This document shows, one piece after another, positions 1-8,155 of a stretch of 32,000 bases of DNA (position 1 is its first letter; each line of letters starts with the position of its first letter). Source of the stretch: Candidatus Binatia bacterium (GTDB lineage: Bacteria; Desulfobacterota; Binatia; DP-6); NCBI GenBank assembly GCA_036009625.1, contig DASYLJ010000177.1, positions 11,501-43,500 of the forward strand, read 5' to 3'. The notes below the pieces were generated by a model that ran no database searches, was not told the origin of the DNA, and was given only the letters and a program-made list of their open reading frames with translations. A program made the translations under genes and the position numbers.

Positions 1-1
1 C

Positions 2-559
2 GCCACCTACGATCAGGGCGAGGTGCTCTTCCACACCATGGGCTTCGGCCAGGCGCTCGACGCGACGCCGCTGCTCCTGACGCCCGGCGTGCTGACGCTG
101 GCGTGGGGCCCGACGGTGGACATGATCGCCGCCGGCCTCGGCGTCGAGCTCGACGAGATCCGCGAGGTGCACTCGCGTCTGCCCGCGCCCGACGAGGTGA
201 CGGTGTCGGCGGGCAAGGTCGCCAAGGGCACCACCGCGGCGCTCCGCTTCGAAGTGCAGGGCATGGTGCGCGGCCGGCCGGCCGTCATCGTCGAGCACGT
301 GACCCGTCTGCGCGACGACCTGGCACCCGAATGGCCGCAGCCCACCGGCTCGGGATGCTACCGCATCCTCATCGAAGGCTCGCCGTCGATGACGTGCGAG
401 CTGACGCTCTCCGGCGACGACCGCGACCACAATACCGGCGGGCTGGTGGCGACCGCGATGCGGCTGCTGAACGCGATTCCCGCGGTGTGCGCGGCGAAGC
501 CTGGCATGGTCTCGCCGCTCGATCTGCCGATGTACACGGCGAAGCATCTCGTGGCCTGA
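2..559 (+). CDS. Partial CDS (5' end outside window): C-terminal part of a DapB-like / 2,4-diaminopentanoate-dehydrogenase-like NAD(P)-dependent oxidoreductase
   Basis: The frame is open from nt 2 with no upstream stop and ends at TGA 557-559. GC3 is high. Segments such as GSGCYRILIEGSPSM and HNTGGLVATAMRLLNAIPAVCAAKPG resemble, from memory, the C-terminal domain of the dihydrodipicolinate-reductase-like amine dehydrogenase family. Not searched. Confidence 0.5.
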   Translation, partial: ATYDQGEVLFHTMGFGQALDATPLLLTPGVLTLAWGPTVDMIAAGLGVELDEIREVHSRLPAPDEVTVSAGKVAKGTTAALRFEVQGMVRGRPAVIVEHVTRLRDDLAPEWPQPTGSGCYRILIEGSPSMTCELTLSGDDRDHNTGGLVATAMRLLNAIPAVCAAKPGMVSPLDLPMYTAKHLVA

Positions 560-581
560 GCCGTTGCAGTCTGGGAGGGGT

Positions 582-1202
582 GTGCGAGCACGTCTCTACG
601 ACCTGCTCATCGTGCCCCTCACGTCGTCCTGGTACGACGCGGTGCTCGGTCGGCTGCCCGCCGGCAGTCGGCTGCTGGATGTCGGCATCGGGACCGGTGG
701 CGCGTTGCTGGCCCATGCGGACCGGCTGCGCCGGCAGGATCTCTCGGTGATCGGCGTCGACATCGATGCCGACTACGTCGCCCACTGTGCCCGCGAGATC
801 GAACGCCACGGCGTGGCGGACCGGGTCGCCGTCTGCCTCGAGTCGATCTACGACCACCACGGCGGCCCGTACGACGCGGCCTACTTCAGCGGCAGCTTCA
901 TGCTGCTGCCCGATCCGCCCGCCGCCGTGCGCCACGTCGCGACGCTGCTCGCACCGGGCGGATACATCTACTTCACGCAGACCTTCGAGCACGAGCGATC
1001 GCGCGTGCTGGAGGTCGTGAAGCCGATGCTGCGACGGATCACGACCGTCGACTTCGGTCGCGTCACCTACGAAGCGGATTTCGAGCGTGCACTCGCAGCG
1101 GCAGGTGGCAACTGCGAGGAGCGCGTCGTCCTGCATGCGGGACGACGGCGGTCGGCGCTGCTGCTGGCGGTGCGTGTCCGAGAAGGTATGTGTGCGCCGT
1201 GA
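582..1202 (+). CDS. Class I SAM-dependent methyltransferase
   Basis: Motif I LLDVGIGTGG followed by VIGVDID (acidic loop) and LAPGGYIYF (post-II/III region). The GGGAGGGG Shine-Dalgarno-like run at 572-580 favours the GTG at 582 over the TTG at 564. Stop is TGA 1200-1202. Confidence 0.8.
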   Translation: MRARLYDLLIVPLTSSWYDAVLGRLPAGSRLLDVGIGTGGALLAHADRLRRQDLSVIGVDIDADYVAHCAREIERHGVADRVAVCLESIYDHHGGPYDAAYFSGSFMLLPDPPAAVRHVATLLAPGGYIYFTQTFEHERSRVLEVVKPMLRRITTVDFGRVTYEADFERALAAAGGNCEERVVLHAGRRRSALLLAVRVREGMCAP

Positions 1203-2128
1203 CGTTGCCCGTGACCTCCGACCTCCCGACGCTGCTGACGCGACTCCGCACCGAGGAGCGCGCGCGCCAGGCGGAGCTGGCGAGGCTCGAAGCGCGGCTG
1301 CGCGAGTTCGAGGACGTCGAACGCCAGGCGTATGCGCGATGGTTGCGGCACGAGCTGGGTCCGGTCCTCGCCATCCTCGAAGCACGCCGGGACGAGCTGC
1401 GTGCGCGTCGTGCCACGGCCGAGCGGGTGATGGCATTGGCCGACCAGGAAGGATGGCATCCGCGCGAAGCCCTCTACGTGGTGCTGAACCCACGTAGCGA
1501 GTCGCCACCTGCCCGCCGCGATCGCATGGACCCCGACGAGGTCGCAGCACGACGGCGTGCGAAGGTCGACCGCAAGCGTGCCGAGCGGAAAGCGGCGCGC
1601 CGGGCGACGCCGGATGCCGCCATGCCGGGTGACGGCGTCGCGGCATCGAGCGCCGCTCCACGCTCCCGACGCATCGCCGTCTACCGTGCCGTGGCACGCC
1701 GACTGCATCCGGACTCACCGACCGTCGTCCGTTTCCTCGATCCGTCGCGCGCGAAGGCGCTGTGGGTCGAAGCGACCATCGCGTATACCGCCGGCAACCT
1801 CGAGCGCCTGCTCTCCATCGCCGCCTGGCTCGACGCCTCGGAGGAAGGCGACGCCGACCCCATCGTCCCGTCCTCGCTGAGCGAGCGGTACGAGCGCCTG
1901 CGCGCGCTCACCCGTTCGACCCGCGCACTGGAACGCCGGCTAGAATCCCTGGCGGATGATCCGGCGTGGGAGTTCTCGCTCCGGACGCCGCGCGACCGGC
2001 GACGTCTGCGTGCGGCCGCCGCCCAGATGCTCGACGAGGAGATGGAGCTGGTCGACGCGGCGCTGGCCGCAGCCGCCGATTTTCTCGCCGCGATCGGATC
2101 GCCGCGTCCGCCACGCCGCTCACGCTGA
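1190..2128 (+). CDS. Hypothetical coiled-coil protein with a J-domain-like segment (HPD motif)
   Basis: 312-aa ORF with high GC3. The Arg/Glu-rich N-terminal half is predicted helical or coiled. The segment RRIAVYRAVARRLHPDSP...AKALWVEATIAYTAGN matches the J-domain helix II-HPD-helix III pattern. The start is ambiguous: GTG 1190, or GTG 1199 which gives a GTGA overlap with the upstream stop. Confidence 0.55.
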   Translation: MCAVTLPVTSDLPTLLTRLRTEERARQAELARLEARLREFEDVERQAYARWLRHELGPVLAILEARRDELRARRATAERVMALADQEGWHPREALYVVLNPRSESPPARRDRMDPDEVAARRRAKVDRKRAERKAARRATPDAAMPGDGVAASSAAPRSRRIAVYRAVARRLHPDSPTVVRFLDPSRAKALWVEATIAYTAGNLERLLSIAAWLDASEEGDADPIVPSSLSERYERLRALTRSTRALERRLESLADDPAWEFSLRTPRDRRRLRAAAAQMLDEEMELVDAALAAAADFLAAIGSPRPPRRSR

Positions 2129-2158
2129 CGTTCCGAGCCATCCGCGCGCGACGCCGGC

Positions 2159-3691
2159 TCAGAAGCCGACGGTGGCCAGTGCCTTCGCGATGCGCTGGCG
2201 CGTGCCCGGGTCGGCGAACGGGAATGAGCGGAAGAAGTCGGCCTCGGTGATGGCGCCGTTGCGCTCACGGGCGTTGGCGGCCCATGCGGCCGCACGCGTG
2301 CGATCGCCGTTCAACGTGTGCGCCACGGCGGCGATCAGCGCGATCAGCACGTGGGCGCCGGGCGATCGCGCCGCACGCTCCGCCCAGATCGCTCCCTCCG
2401 CGGTTTCGCCGTCGACCATGTGCGACAGCGCCCGCGTCGCGGTCATCGCGTAGTGCAGTGGATCGAGAGGGCTCAGCGTCATCGCGGTATCGGCGTCGGT
2501 GCGTCCCTCCGCCCCGCGACCGGAGAGCGTGTGCGTCCAGGTCCGCGCATAGACGCCCTGGGCGTAGTTCGGGCTGATCGCGGTGGCACGATCGAGCCAC
2601 CCGAGACTCGTATCGAGCTCGCCGCCGAGCCAGAAGCTTCGGCCCATGGTGAGGTTCGCGAACGGGTCCAGCGGATCGAGCTCGACGCTGCGCTCCGCCG
2701 CGCGTCGCGCGTTGCGGACCTCGGCGTGCAGGTCCGGCGTGTAGCGCAGGAAGGCGTTCTGGAAATGGACGAAGGACAGTCCGGCATGCGCGCGTGCGAA
2801 GCTCGCATCCTCGGCCACCGCGCGCGCGAACAGCTGGCCCGCCGCGGCGTTGTCGTTGCGATTGAAGCGGAACATGTGTTGCAGCCCGAGATGATACGCC
2901 GACCATGCATCCAGGTTCTCCGGCGCCACGAGACGTGCGGCGCGCGCCTCGTTGAGGGGAATCTGCAGCTCGAGCGCAGCGACGAGCCGCGCCAGGATCG
3001 TGCTGCGCGTGGCGTGGACGTCGGCGATGCGCGACACCAGGCGATCGCCCCACACCACGCCGGTGCTCCGCGTGTCGACGAGCCGTGCCGTCACGACGAG
3101 CGTCGAGTCCGTGATCTCTACCGTTCCAGACAGGCCGTAGCGCACGCCGAGCAGTGAGCCGACCTCGGCCAGATCGGGTGCCGCCGAGCGGAACCGGAAC
3201 GACGATCCCCGATCGATGACGAACAGCCAGCGCAGCCGCGAGAGCTCCGCGATCAGCTCGTCGGGCAGCGCATCGGCGATGGTGGCATAGGGTCCGGGCT
3301 CGCCGAGCAGGCGGAACGGCAGCACCGCGAGCGACGGCTTCGCATGCTCGTCGTGCACCAGCATAGTCGACGCGATCCCGCTCACGTCCTGCACCTCGGC
3401 GACGAACCGGAAGCCCTGGCCGTGGACGGTGCGGATGAAGCGCTGCGCCTTGCCGTCGTCGCCGAGGGCCCGCCGCGCCGACTTGATGCGGCTGTCGAGG
3501 GCCGAGTCGGAGACGATGCGTCCGTCCCAGACCTTTTCGATGATCTCGTCCCGGGTGACCAGGCGTTCGCGGTTCTCGGCCAACAGCAGCAGCAGAGAGA
3601 ACACCTGGGGCTCGACGGGGATCACCTCGTCGTCGCGGCGCAGCTCGACCTTCGAGCGATCGAGCTCGAAGCCATCGAAGCGGTGGATCAT
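2159..3691 (-). CDS. Transcriptional regulator: N-terminal OmpR/CadC-type winged-helix DNA-binding domain plus a C-terminal TolB-like/TPR sensor region
   Basis: The N-terminus is the classic trans_reg_C pattern: [76 protein letters not shown]...[12 protein letters not shown]. It is followed by the LAVLPF segment and TPR-like helical repeats seen in this regulator class. Confidence 0.85.
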   Translation of the reverse strand: MIHRFDGFELDRSKVELRRDDEVIPVEPQVFSLLLLLAENRERLVTRDEIIEKVWDGRIVSDSALDSRIKSARRALGDDGKAQRFIRTVHGQGFRFVAEVQDVSGIASTMLVHDEHAKPSLAVLPFRLLGEPGPYATIADALPDELIAELSRLRWLFVIDRGSSFRFRSAAPDLAEVGSLLGVRYGLSGTVEITDSTLVVTARLVDTRSTGVVWGDRLVSRIADVHATRSTILARLVAALELQIPLNEARAARLVAPENLDAWSAYHLGLQHMFRFNRNDNAAAGQLFARAVAEDASFARAHAGLSFVHFQNAFLRYTPDLHAEVRNARRAAERSVELDPLDPFANLTMGRSFWLGGELDTSLGWLDRATAISPNYAQGVYARTWTHTLSGRGAEGRTDADTAMTLSPLDPLHYAMTATRALSHMVDGETAEGAIWAERAARSPGAHVLIALIAAVAHTLNGDRTRAAAWAANARERNGAITEADFFRSFPFADPGTRQRIAKALATVGF

Positions 3692-3722
3692 CGGGCCCGA
3701 CTCTATGCCGCGGGTGTGCTCA

Positions 3723-3750
3723 TTCTCCAGCCCGTCTCCAGGTGCTCTCC
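3723..3750. promoter_or_regulatory. Three direct TCTCCA repeats phased at exactly 11 bp; candidate winged-helix regulator binding sites
   Basis: TCTCCA occurs at 3723-3728, 3734-3739 and 3745-3750, in the contexts tTCTCCAg, gTCTCCAg and cTCTCCAa. The repeats sit in the 144-bp divergent intergenic region between the regulator (start 3691, minus) and the tautomerase (start 3836, plus). A GGTGCT-N5-AGCACC hairpin overlaps at 3740-3756. Confidence 0.4.
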
Positions 3751-3835
3751 AAGCACCCGAGTCGGCTCGACGCTACGACTCTGGGCACGGTCGCCGGAAC
3801 GGTTCCCGACACCGAACCCGCAGAGGAGAGATGCC

Positions 3836-4060
3836 ATGCCGCTCATCACGATCGATGTGATCAAGGACGTCTTCACGCCGCGCCAGAAGCAGGACCTCAT
3901 CAACGCGGTCACCGAGGCGGCCATCGCCGTCGAAGGCGAGAGCCTCCGCCCGGTCACCTGGGTGCGGATCAACGAATTCGCGCAGGGCGACTGGGCCATC
4001 GGCGGCAAGCGTCTGGTGGCTGCGGACGTGCACGCGATGCAGGCGAGCAAGGTCGCCTGA
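3836..4060 (+). CDS. 4-oxalocrotonate tautomerase family protein
   Basis: A 74-aa product starting MPLITIDV (catalytic Pro1 after Met removal), of typical tautomerase length. GAGGAGAG SD at 3823-3830, 5 nt upstream of ATG 3836. The longer 3344 ORF upstream is antisense shadow of the regulator gene. Confidence 0.85.
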   Translation: MPLITIDVIKDVFTPRQKQDLINAVTEAAIAVEGESLRPVTWVRINEFAQGDWAIGGKRLVAADVHAMQASKVA

Positions 4061-4085
4061 GGCCGTCGTGATGGCGCGAGCGAAG

Positions 4086-4107
4086 GGGGGGCGGCCTCGC
4101 GCCCCCC
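4086..4107. terminator. GC-rich hairpin between convergent genes (candidate bidirectional terminator)
   Basis: GGGGGGCG (4086-4093) pairs perfectly with CGCCCCCC (4100-4107) around a 6-nt loop, GCCTCG. Outer GCGAG/CTCGC pairing occurs at 4076-4080 and 4114-4118. The hairpin lies between the tautomerase stop (4060) and the TetR stop (4119). There is no U-tract, which is common in high-GC genomes. Confidence 0.5.
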
Positions 4108-4118
4108 GTGCGCCTCGC

Positions 4119-4790
4119 TCAGCGTCGCTTCGCCGGCACCCGCCGCAGGGTGCCAGCGTCCGCGGCGCCGACGCTGCGGCGGCAGAAGCGCACCAGCGTC
4201 GCGACGATCTCCTCCTCGGAGGTCATCTGCCCGGCGACGGGAGAGAGCGGGCCGACGAGGGCCTCGGCGATGGCCCCCACCAGGGCCGCGGCGCTGAACT
4301 CGACGTTCTGATCCGGGATCTCCCCGGCGGCGATCGCCTGCCGCAGCAGCGCTGCCATGTTCCGACAGTACGTCCGGCGATAGACGAGCCGTTCGGCGTC
4401 GACCAACGGATCGACGGGCTCGTGCAGCAGCGCCCAGGCCAGCCGTCGATGGCGCAGCGCGCCCCGGGCGTGCGCCGCCACGGCAGCCTCGAGGCGCGCG
4501 ATGCAGCTCTGCGACGACGCGGCCTCCTCCACGGCGGCGAGGTCGCGCCGGGCGGCATCGCGGAAGACGTCGACGAAGAGCTCGGCCTTGGAGGGAAAAT
4601 GGCGGTACATCGCTCCCGCCGCGACGCCGGTGCGGTCGGCGATGGCCTGGACGGATGCCGCCGCGTAGCCGCCCTCTTCGAGCAGCTCGCGCGCCGCGTC
4701 CACGAGACGTTGGCGCGTGGCGACCACCGGCTTGTCCGACGATCTGGCGACGCGTGACCGCAGCCGTGGCTTCGGCCGACGCGTCGTCAC
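4119..4790 (-). CDS. TetR/AcrR family transcriptional regulator
   Basis: The N-terminal HTH RQRLVDAARELLEEGGYAAASVQAIADRTGVAAGAMYRHFPSKAELF is the canonical TetR_N signature. GTG start at 4790 overlaps the upstream gene's stop (GTGA). Confidence 0.9.
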   Translation of the reverse strand: MTTRRPKPRLRSRVARSSDKPVVATRQRLVDAARELLEEGGYAAASVQAIADRTGVAAGAMYRHFPSKAELFVDVFRDAARRDLAAVEEAASSQSCIARLEAAVAAHARGALRHRRLAWALLHEPVDPLVDAERLVYRRTYCRNMAALLRQAIAAGEIPDQNVEFSAAALVGAIAEALVGPLSPVAGQMTSEEEIVATLVRFCRRSVGAADAGTLRRVPAKRR

Positions 4791-5929
4791 GCGGCGACTC
4801 CCGCGGCGTCGAGCTGCGCGTGCAGCGTGTGATGGAAGTGCACGATGGCGCTCTCGAAGCGCCCGAACGTGAAGGCCTCGTTGGCGCCGCTCGCGAGCCC
4901 GCGCTGCACGGCGCAGAGCACCTCCTGATCCTCGAGCGTGCCGGCGTCGACGAGCGCCGTCGCCTGCTCGATGAACGCCTGCGCCGGCGCGTCGCTGGGG
5001 TCGTGATCGCTCAGCATGTAGGTGACGAACCGCGTGCGGTCGACGGCGAGCGGCTCGAGCGCGACCATGAAGATGCGGCGCGGGAACGTCGCGACGATCG
5101 CGTTCGGGAAGAGATGGTAGACGTAGGTCAGCGTCCCGTCCGCGGATCGCTGCGCGGGGGCGAGCTCGCGCTGCTTCCTGATGGCGCGGAACGGGAACGC
5201 GATGCGGTTGTTGCGGCCGAAGCGCTCGACGACGTTCAGGTTGTCGAACTGGAGCGGGTAGAAGGTGTCGGGGTGGGTCGAGCGGATGTGGTAGCCCTCG
5301 AGGAACCCCTCGATGACGACCTTCCAGTTGGCCGCCACGTCGCGCTCGTTGACGGTGACGAACCGGAAGCCCGGGCCGACGAGCGCCGGCAGCGCGTCCA
5401 GCTCGGCGCCGGTGACGGCCGGCGTGTCCTGCGTCACGAACACGAGACCCTGGCGCTCGACGGCGTCGACCGGCACCAGGCCCATCGTCGTCGTGTCGAG
5501 GCCTGGAAAGCCGTGTGCGCCGGGAACGTGCCGGAGGCGTCCGTCGAGCTCGTAGGTCCAGCCGTGGTAGCGGCAGACGAGCGCGCGCTCGCAGCCAGTG
5601 CCCTCGACGACCTGCGTGCCACGGTGACGGCAGGCGTTGCGGAACGCGCGCACGCGACCGTCGTCACCGCGGACGGCGACGATCGGGGTTCCTGCCGCCT
5701 CACGCGCCACCCACGATCCAGACGCCGGAAGCGCCGCCGACGGGCAGAAGGGCGTCGGATAGCGGCGCAGCACCAGGTCGCGCTCCGCCGCGAAGCGCGT
5801 CTCGGAGCGGTAGTTGGCGACCGGCTCGGTCCACGTCGTATCGCCGAGGTCGGTGGTGCGGTTGTCGATGTGATCGAGGATGCGCTGAACGACCGTCGCA
5901 TCGTCGGCCAGCCGGCTCACCGTCGTCAT
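4787..5929 (-). CDS. Rieske [2Fe-2S] non-heme-iron oxygenase, alpha subunit-like (380 aa)
   Basis: Rieske motif CRHRG-x17-CRYHGW. Mononuclear iron motif NWKVVIEGFLEGYHIRSTH. The chosen start, ATG 5929 (MTTVSRL), has a GGAGG SD and an ATGA overlap with the upstream crotonase stop. The upstream 144 codons of the 524-aa ORF are Arg-rich shadow of the neighbouring gene. Confidence 0.9.
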   Translation of the reverse strand: MTTVSRLADDATVVQRILDHIDNRTTDLGDTTWTEPVANYRSETRFAAERDLVLRRYPTPFCPSAALPASGSWVAREAAGTPIVAVRGDDGRVRAFRNACRHRGTQVVEGTGCERALVCRYHGWTYELDGRLRHVPGAHGFPGLDTTTMGLVPVDAVERQGLVFVTQDTPAVTGAELDALPALVGPGFRFVTVNERDVAANWKVVIEGFLEGYHIRSTHPDTFYPLQFDNLNVVERFGRNNRIAFPFRAIRKQRELAPAQRSADGTLTYVYHLFPNAIVATFPRRIFMVALEPLAVDRTRFVTYMLSDHDPSDAPAQAFIEQATALVDAGTLEDQEVLCAVQRGLASGANEAFTFGRFESAIVHFHHTLHAQLDAAGVAA

Positions 5930-6705
5930 GACGCCTCCGATGTGTGGTCGCGCCAGCTGCCCGATGCATAGTGCTCGAGCCCGCCGAACAGCTCGCCGGT
6001 TTCGATCGTGGCCATGCCGTGGCGGTACTCGCCCGCCAGCGCCTCGTCGAGCCCGAGTGACCACTGCTCGTACGACGAGCGTCGATCGCTGCGGAGCGCC
6101 GCCTGCGGCCGGCTCGCGATCTCGCGCGCGAGGGCGATGGCCTCGGGCAAGGCGCGGCCGGGCGGCACGAGCCGGTTGGCGAGCCCCATCCGCTGCGCCT
6201 CCTCGCCCGAGACGCCACGTCCGGTGAGGATCAGATCGAGCGCGTGCGAATGGCCGAGCAGCCGCGGCAGTCGCACGGTGCCGCCGTCCATGAGCGGGAT
6301 GCCCCAGCGCCGGCAGTAGACGCCGAACACGGCGTCGTCGGCCGCGACGCGGAGGTCGCACCAGGCGGCCAGCTCGAGGCCGCCTGCGACCGCATGCCCT
6401 TCGATGGCGGCGATCACCGGCTTGCCGAGCAGCATCCGTGTCGGTCCGACGGGGCCGTCGCCGTCGGCCGCGACGCGGGTGATGGGCGTGCCGTCGCCGC
6501 TGCGCATCGCCTTCAGGTCGGCGCCGCAGCAGAACTTGGCGTTCGCACCGGTCAGGACTGCGACGTGGAGCGCCGGGTCGGCATCGAAGCGACGAAAGGC
6601 ATCGGCCAGCGCCTCGGCGGTGGGGCGATCGATGGCGTTCGCCACCTCGGGTCGGTCGAGCGTGACGACGACGATGGGGCCGGCGGGTTCGTAGTGGACG
6701 GGCAT
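5926..6705 (-). CDS. Enoyl-CoA hydratase/isomerase (crotonase) family protein
   Basis: IVVVTLDRPEVANAI...VLTGANAKFCCGADLK...KPVIAAIEGHAVAGGLELAAWCDLRVAA is the crotonase-fold oxyanion-hole pattern. GAGGAGG SD lies just upstream of ATG 6705. Confidence 0.9.
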   Translation of the reverse strand: MPVHYEPAGPIVVVTLDRPEVANAIDRPTAEALADAFRRFDADPALHVAVLTGANAKFCCGADLKAMRSGDGTPITRVAADGDGPVGPTRMLLGKPVIAAIEGHAVAGGLELAAWCDLRVAADDAVFGVYCRRWGIPLMDGGTVRLPRLLGHSHALDLILTGRGVSGEEAQRMGLANRLVPPGRALPEAIALAREIASRPQAALRSDRRSSYEQWSLGLDEALAGEYRHGMATIETGELFGGLEHYASGSWRDHTSEAS

Positions 6706-6727
6706 CGGAGCCTCCTCGGGTTGGCGT

Positions 6728-6766
6728 GTGAATCCACGTTCACGCTGGTAGTGAATCGGGATTCAC
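6728..6766. promoter_or_regulatory. Two 16-bp palindromic operator-like sites upstream of the crotonase-Rieske-TetR operon
   Basis: Site 1 is 6728-6743, GTGAATCCACGTTCAC (GTGAA-N6-TTCAC). Site 2 is 6751-6766, GTGAATCGGGATTCAC (perfect 7-nt arms, GTGAATC-GG-GATTCAC). The sites start 23 bp apart and lie 23-61 bp upstream of the operon's first start codon (6705, minus strand). Confidence 0.45.
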
Positions 6767-6792
6767 GAGTCAACGGGGGGCGGCGGGCGGCG

Positions 6793-8103
6793 CTATTCGG
6801 TGGACACCACGCCACACGCTCCGGATGGGCCGACGCGGAGGCTGGCGTGGATCGGCATCGCCGCTCCGAACCCGGTGCGGGGTGTCTTCAGCACCAGCTT
6901 CCGGAGGGCACCTTTCCGGATGGTCGCCCGCGCGATGGTGAAGGCCCCCACGGCGCTCTGTTGGAACTGGCCGCGGCCGACGCGGCGCCATGGCCCGGCG
7001 ATGACCTGGCAGCCGGCCTCCGCCGTCGAAATCACGACGGTGGTTTCGGCCGCGTCGAAGAGCACGCCGGGCGGTGGCCGCGCGACCACCGACAGGCGCA
7101 GGCCGTTGCGCCCATACGTCGCCGTACCGGTGATCGGCTCGGCGAGTGTGCAGCACGCCGGATCGTCCGCGTCGACCAACGCGTTGCCGTCATCGTCGAG
7201 GCAATTGTCGCAGGTTTCGGTGGGGGCCGACGTCGCCATCCCGCAGTTGCACGAACACGACGACGCGGTCGTGCCGTTGTCGGCGCCGTCGTCGCAGAGC
7301 TCGCCGAGATCGGTGTCGAGGAAGCCGTCACCGCAGGCGGCGCCGAGGCACGACTGCCCGGCGTGGATCGGTGCCCCGATGCCGATGATCGGTCCGGTCT
7401 GCTTCGTGAAGCCGAGCACGACGTCGTACTCGGCGCGGCTGCCGGTCGATGCGATCGGGTTCTGGTCGTAGCGCTCCGTGGGGGTGCACGGGAAAAGGCT
7501 GCAGTCGATGTCGGCGCCGCAGGTGCGGACGCCGTCCTCGCACACACCCGCGTCGCACGTCCGGTCGCATGCGAAATCGCCTTCGCACTCGGCGAACAGC
7601 CCCGTCGTTTCGGGGCGCTTGCAGGCGGTTCTCGACGTGGCCAGGCAGCTACCGTCGGCGCAGCCTTCGACGCCGAGCAGGCTGGCTATCTCGGAGGAGT
7701 AGAACTTGTATGCCAGCCACGACCCCTGGGGGAGATGGGTTCGAACGAGCTCGGTCTCGGTGAGGCCGGTGACGCCGTTCTCGCTGGACACGCACAGCTG
7801 CGCCGGTTGGTTGTTGTCATCGCAGGCCGGGTACTGCACCGTGGTTGCGACGTCGTTGCGCGAGCACAGGACGGCCCCTTCGGTGCGCAGGACCCAGCTG
7901 GCGGTGCTGCCGGCTGGACCGCAGGCGTCACCATGATCCGTCACGGTGAACGTGATGCGGGCCGAGCGGTCACCAAAGGTGCCGAAGCTGCGTTCCCCAG
8001 GTGGCGGCCCCCCCGCACGTGCGTTACCGCCGAGGACGACCAAGGCGCAGAGCAGCAAGGTGCCCAGGTGCATACGCCGCTGGAGCGGTTCGATGCCGCG
8101 CAT
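6793..8103 (-). CDS. Secreted cysteine-rich repeat protein (Myxococcus-type CGDG...CDDG repeat and metal-binding-like CxxCxDDD motif)
   Basis: Signal-peptide-like N-terminus MHLGTLLLCALVVLGGNARA; the alternative start is ATG 8073. There are more than 30 Cys residues. CGDGFLDTDLGELCDDGADNG matches the myxobacterial cysteine-rich repeat, and ETCDNCLDDDGNALVDADDPACC resembles the DDD-rich putative metal-binding repeat. High GC3. Confidence 0.7.
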   Translation of the reverse strand: MRGIEPLQRRMHLGTLLLCALVVLGGNARAGGPPPGERSFGTFGDRSARITFTVTDHGDACGPAGSTASWVLRTEGAVLCSRNDVATTVQYPACDDNNQPAQLCVSSENGVTGLTETELVRTHLPQGSWLAYKFYSSEIASLLGVEGCADGSCLATSRTACKRPETTGLFAECEGDFACDRTCDAGVCEDGVRTCGADIDCSLFPCTPTERYDQNPIASTGSRAEYDVVLGFTKQTGPIIGIGAPIHAGQSCLGAACGDGFLDTDLGELCDDGADNGTTASSCSCNCGMATSAPTETCDNCLDDDGNALVDADDPACCTLAEPITGTATYGRNGLRLSVVARPPPGVLFDAAETTVVISTAEAGCQVIAGPWRRVGRGQFQQSAVGAFTIARATIRKGALRKLVLKTPRTGFGAAMPIHASLRVGPSGACGVVSTE

Positions 8104-8155
8104 GTCGGCAATGACTTAGATCGTACGGTAGTGAAGGCACAAGGAAAATCGGGTC

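Noticed and set aside
369-1718. 449-aa minus-strand ORF antisense to the oxidoreductase, methyltransferase and J-like genes
   Set aside because: Arg/Pro/Ala-rich and motif-free, and antisense to a methyltransferase with a clear SAM-binding motif.
4085-4107. G7 and C6 homopolymer runs as possible slipped-strand phase-variation tracts
   Set aside because: They are intergenic and pair with each other in a hairpin between two convergent stop codons, so a terminator is the simpler explanation.
4655-5971. 438-aa plus-strand ORF antisense to the Rieske oxygenase. Similar shadow ORFs include 20480-21670(-), 20713-22044(+), 22623-24275(-), 23957-25612(-), 25271-26806(+), 25947-27257(-) and 30297-31193(+).
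   Set aside because: All are mirror or shifted frames of genes with strong catalytic motifs (Rieske, HEXXH peptidase, GH13, thiolase, TauE). None shows a motif of its own.
8104-8155. Locally AT-richer 52-bp gap as a promoter for the cysteine-rich protein gene
   Set aside because: The candidate hexamers (TTGTGC, TACGAT on the minus strand) are only 11 nt apart, so there is no convincing -35/-10 pair. The gap is noted only as context in a finding.
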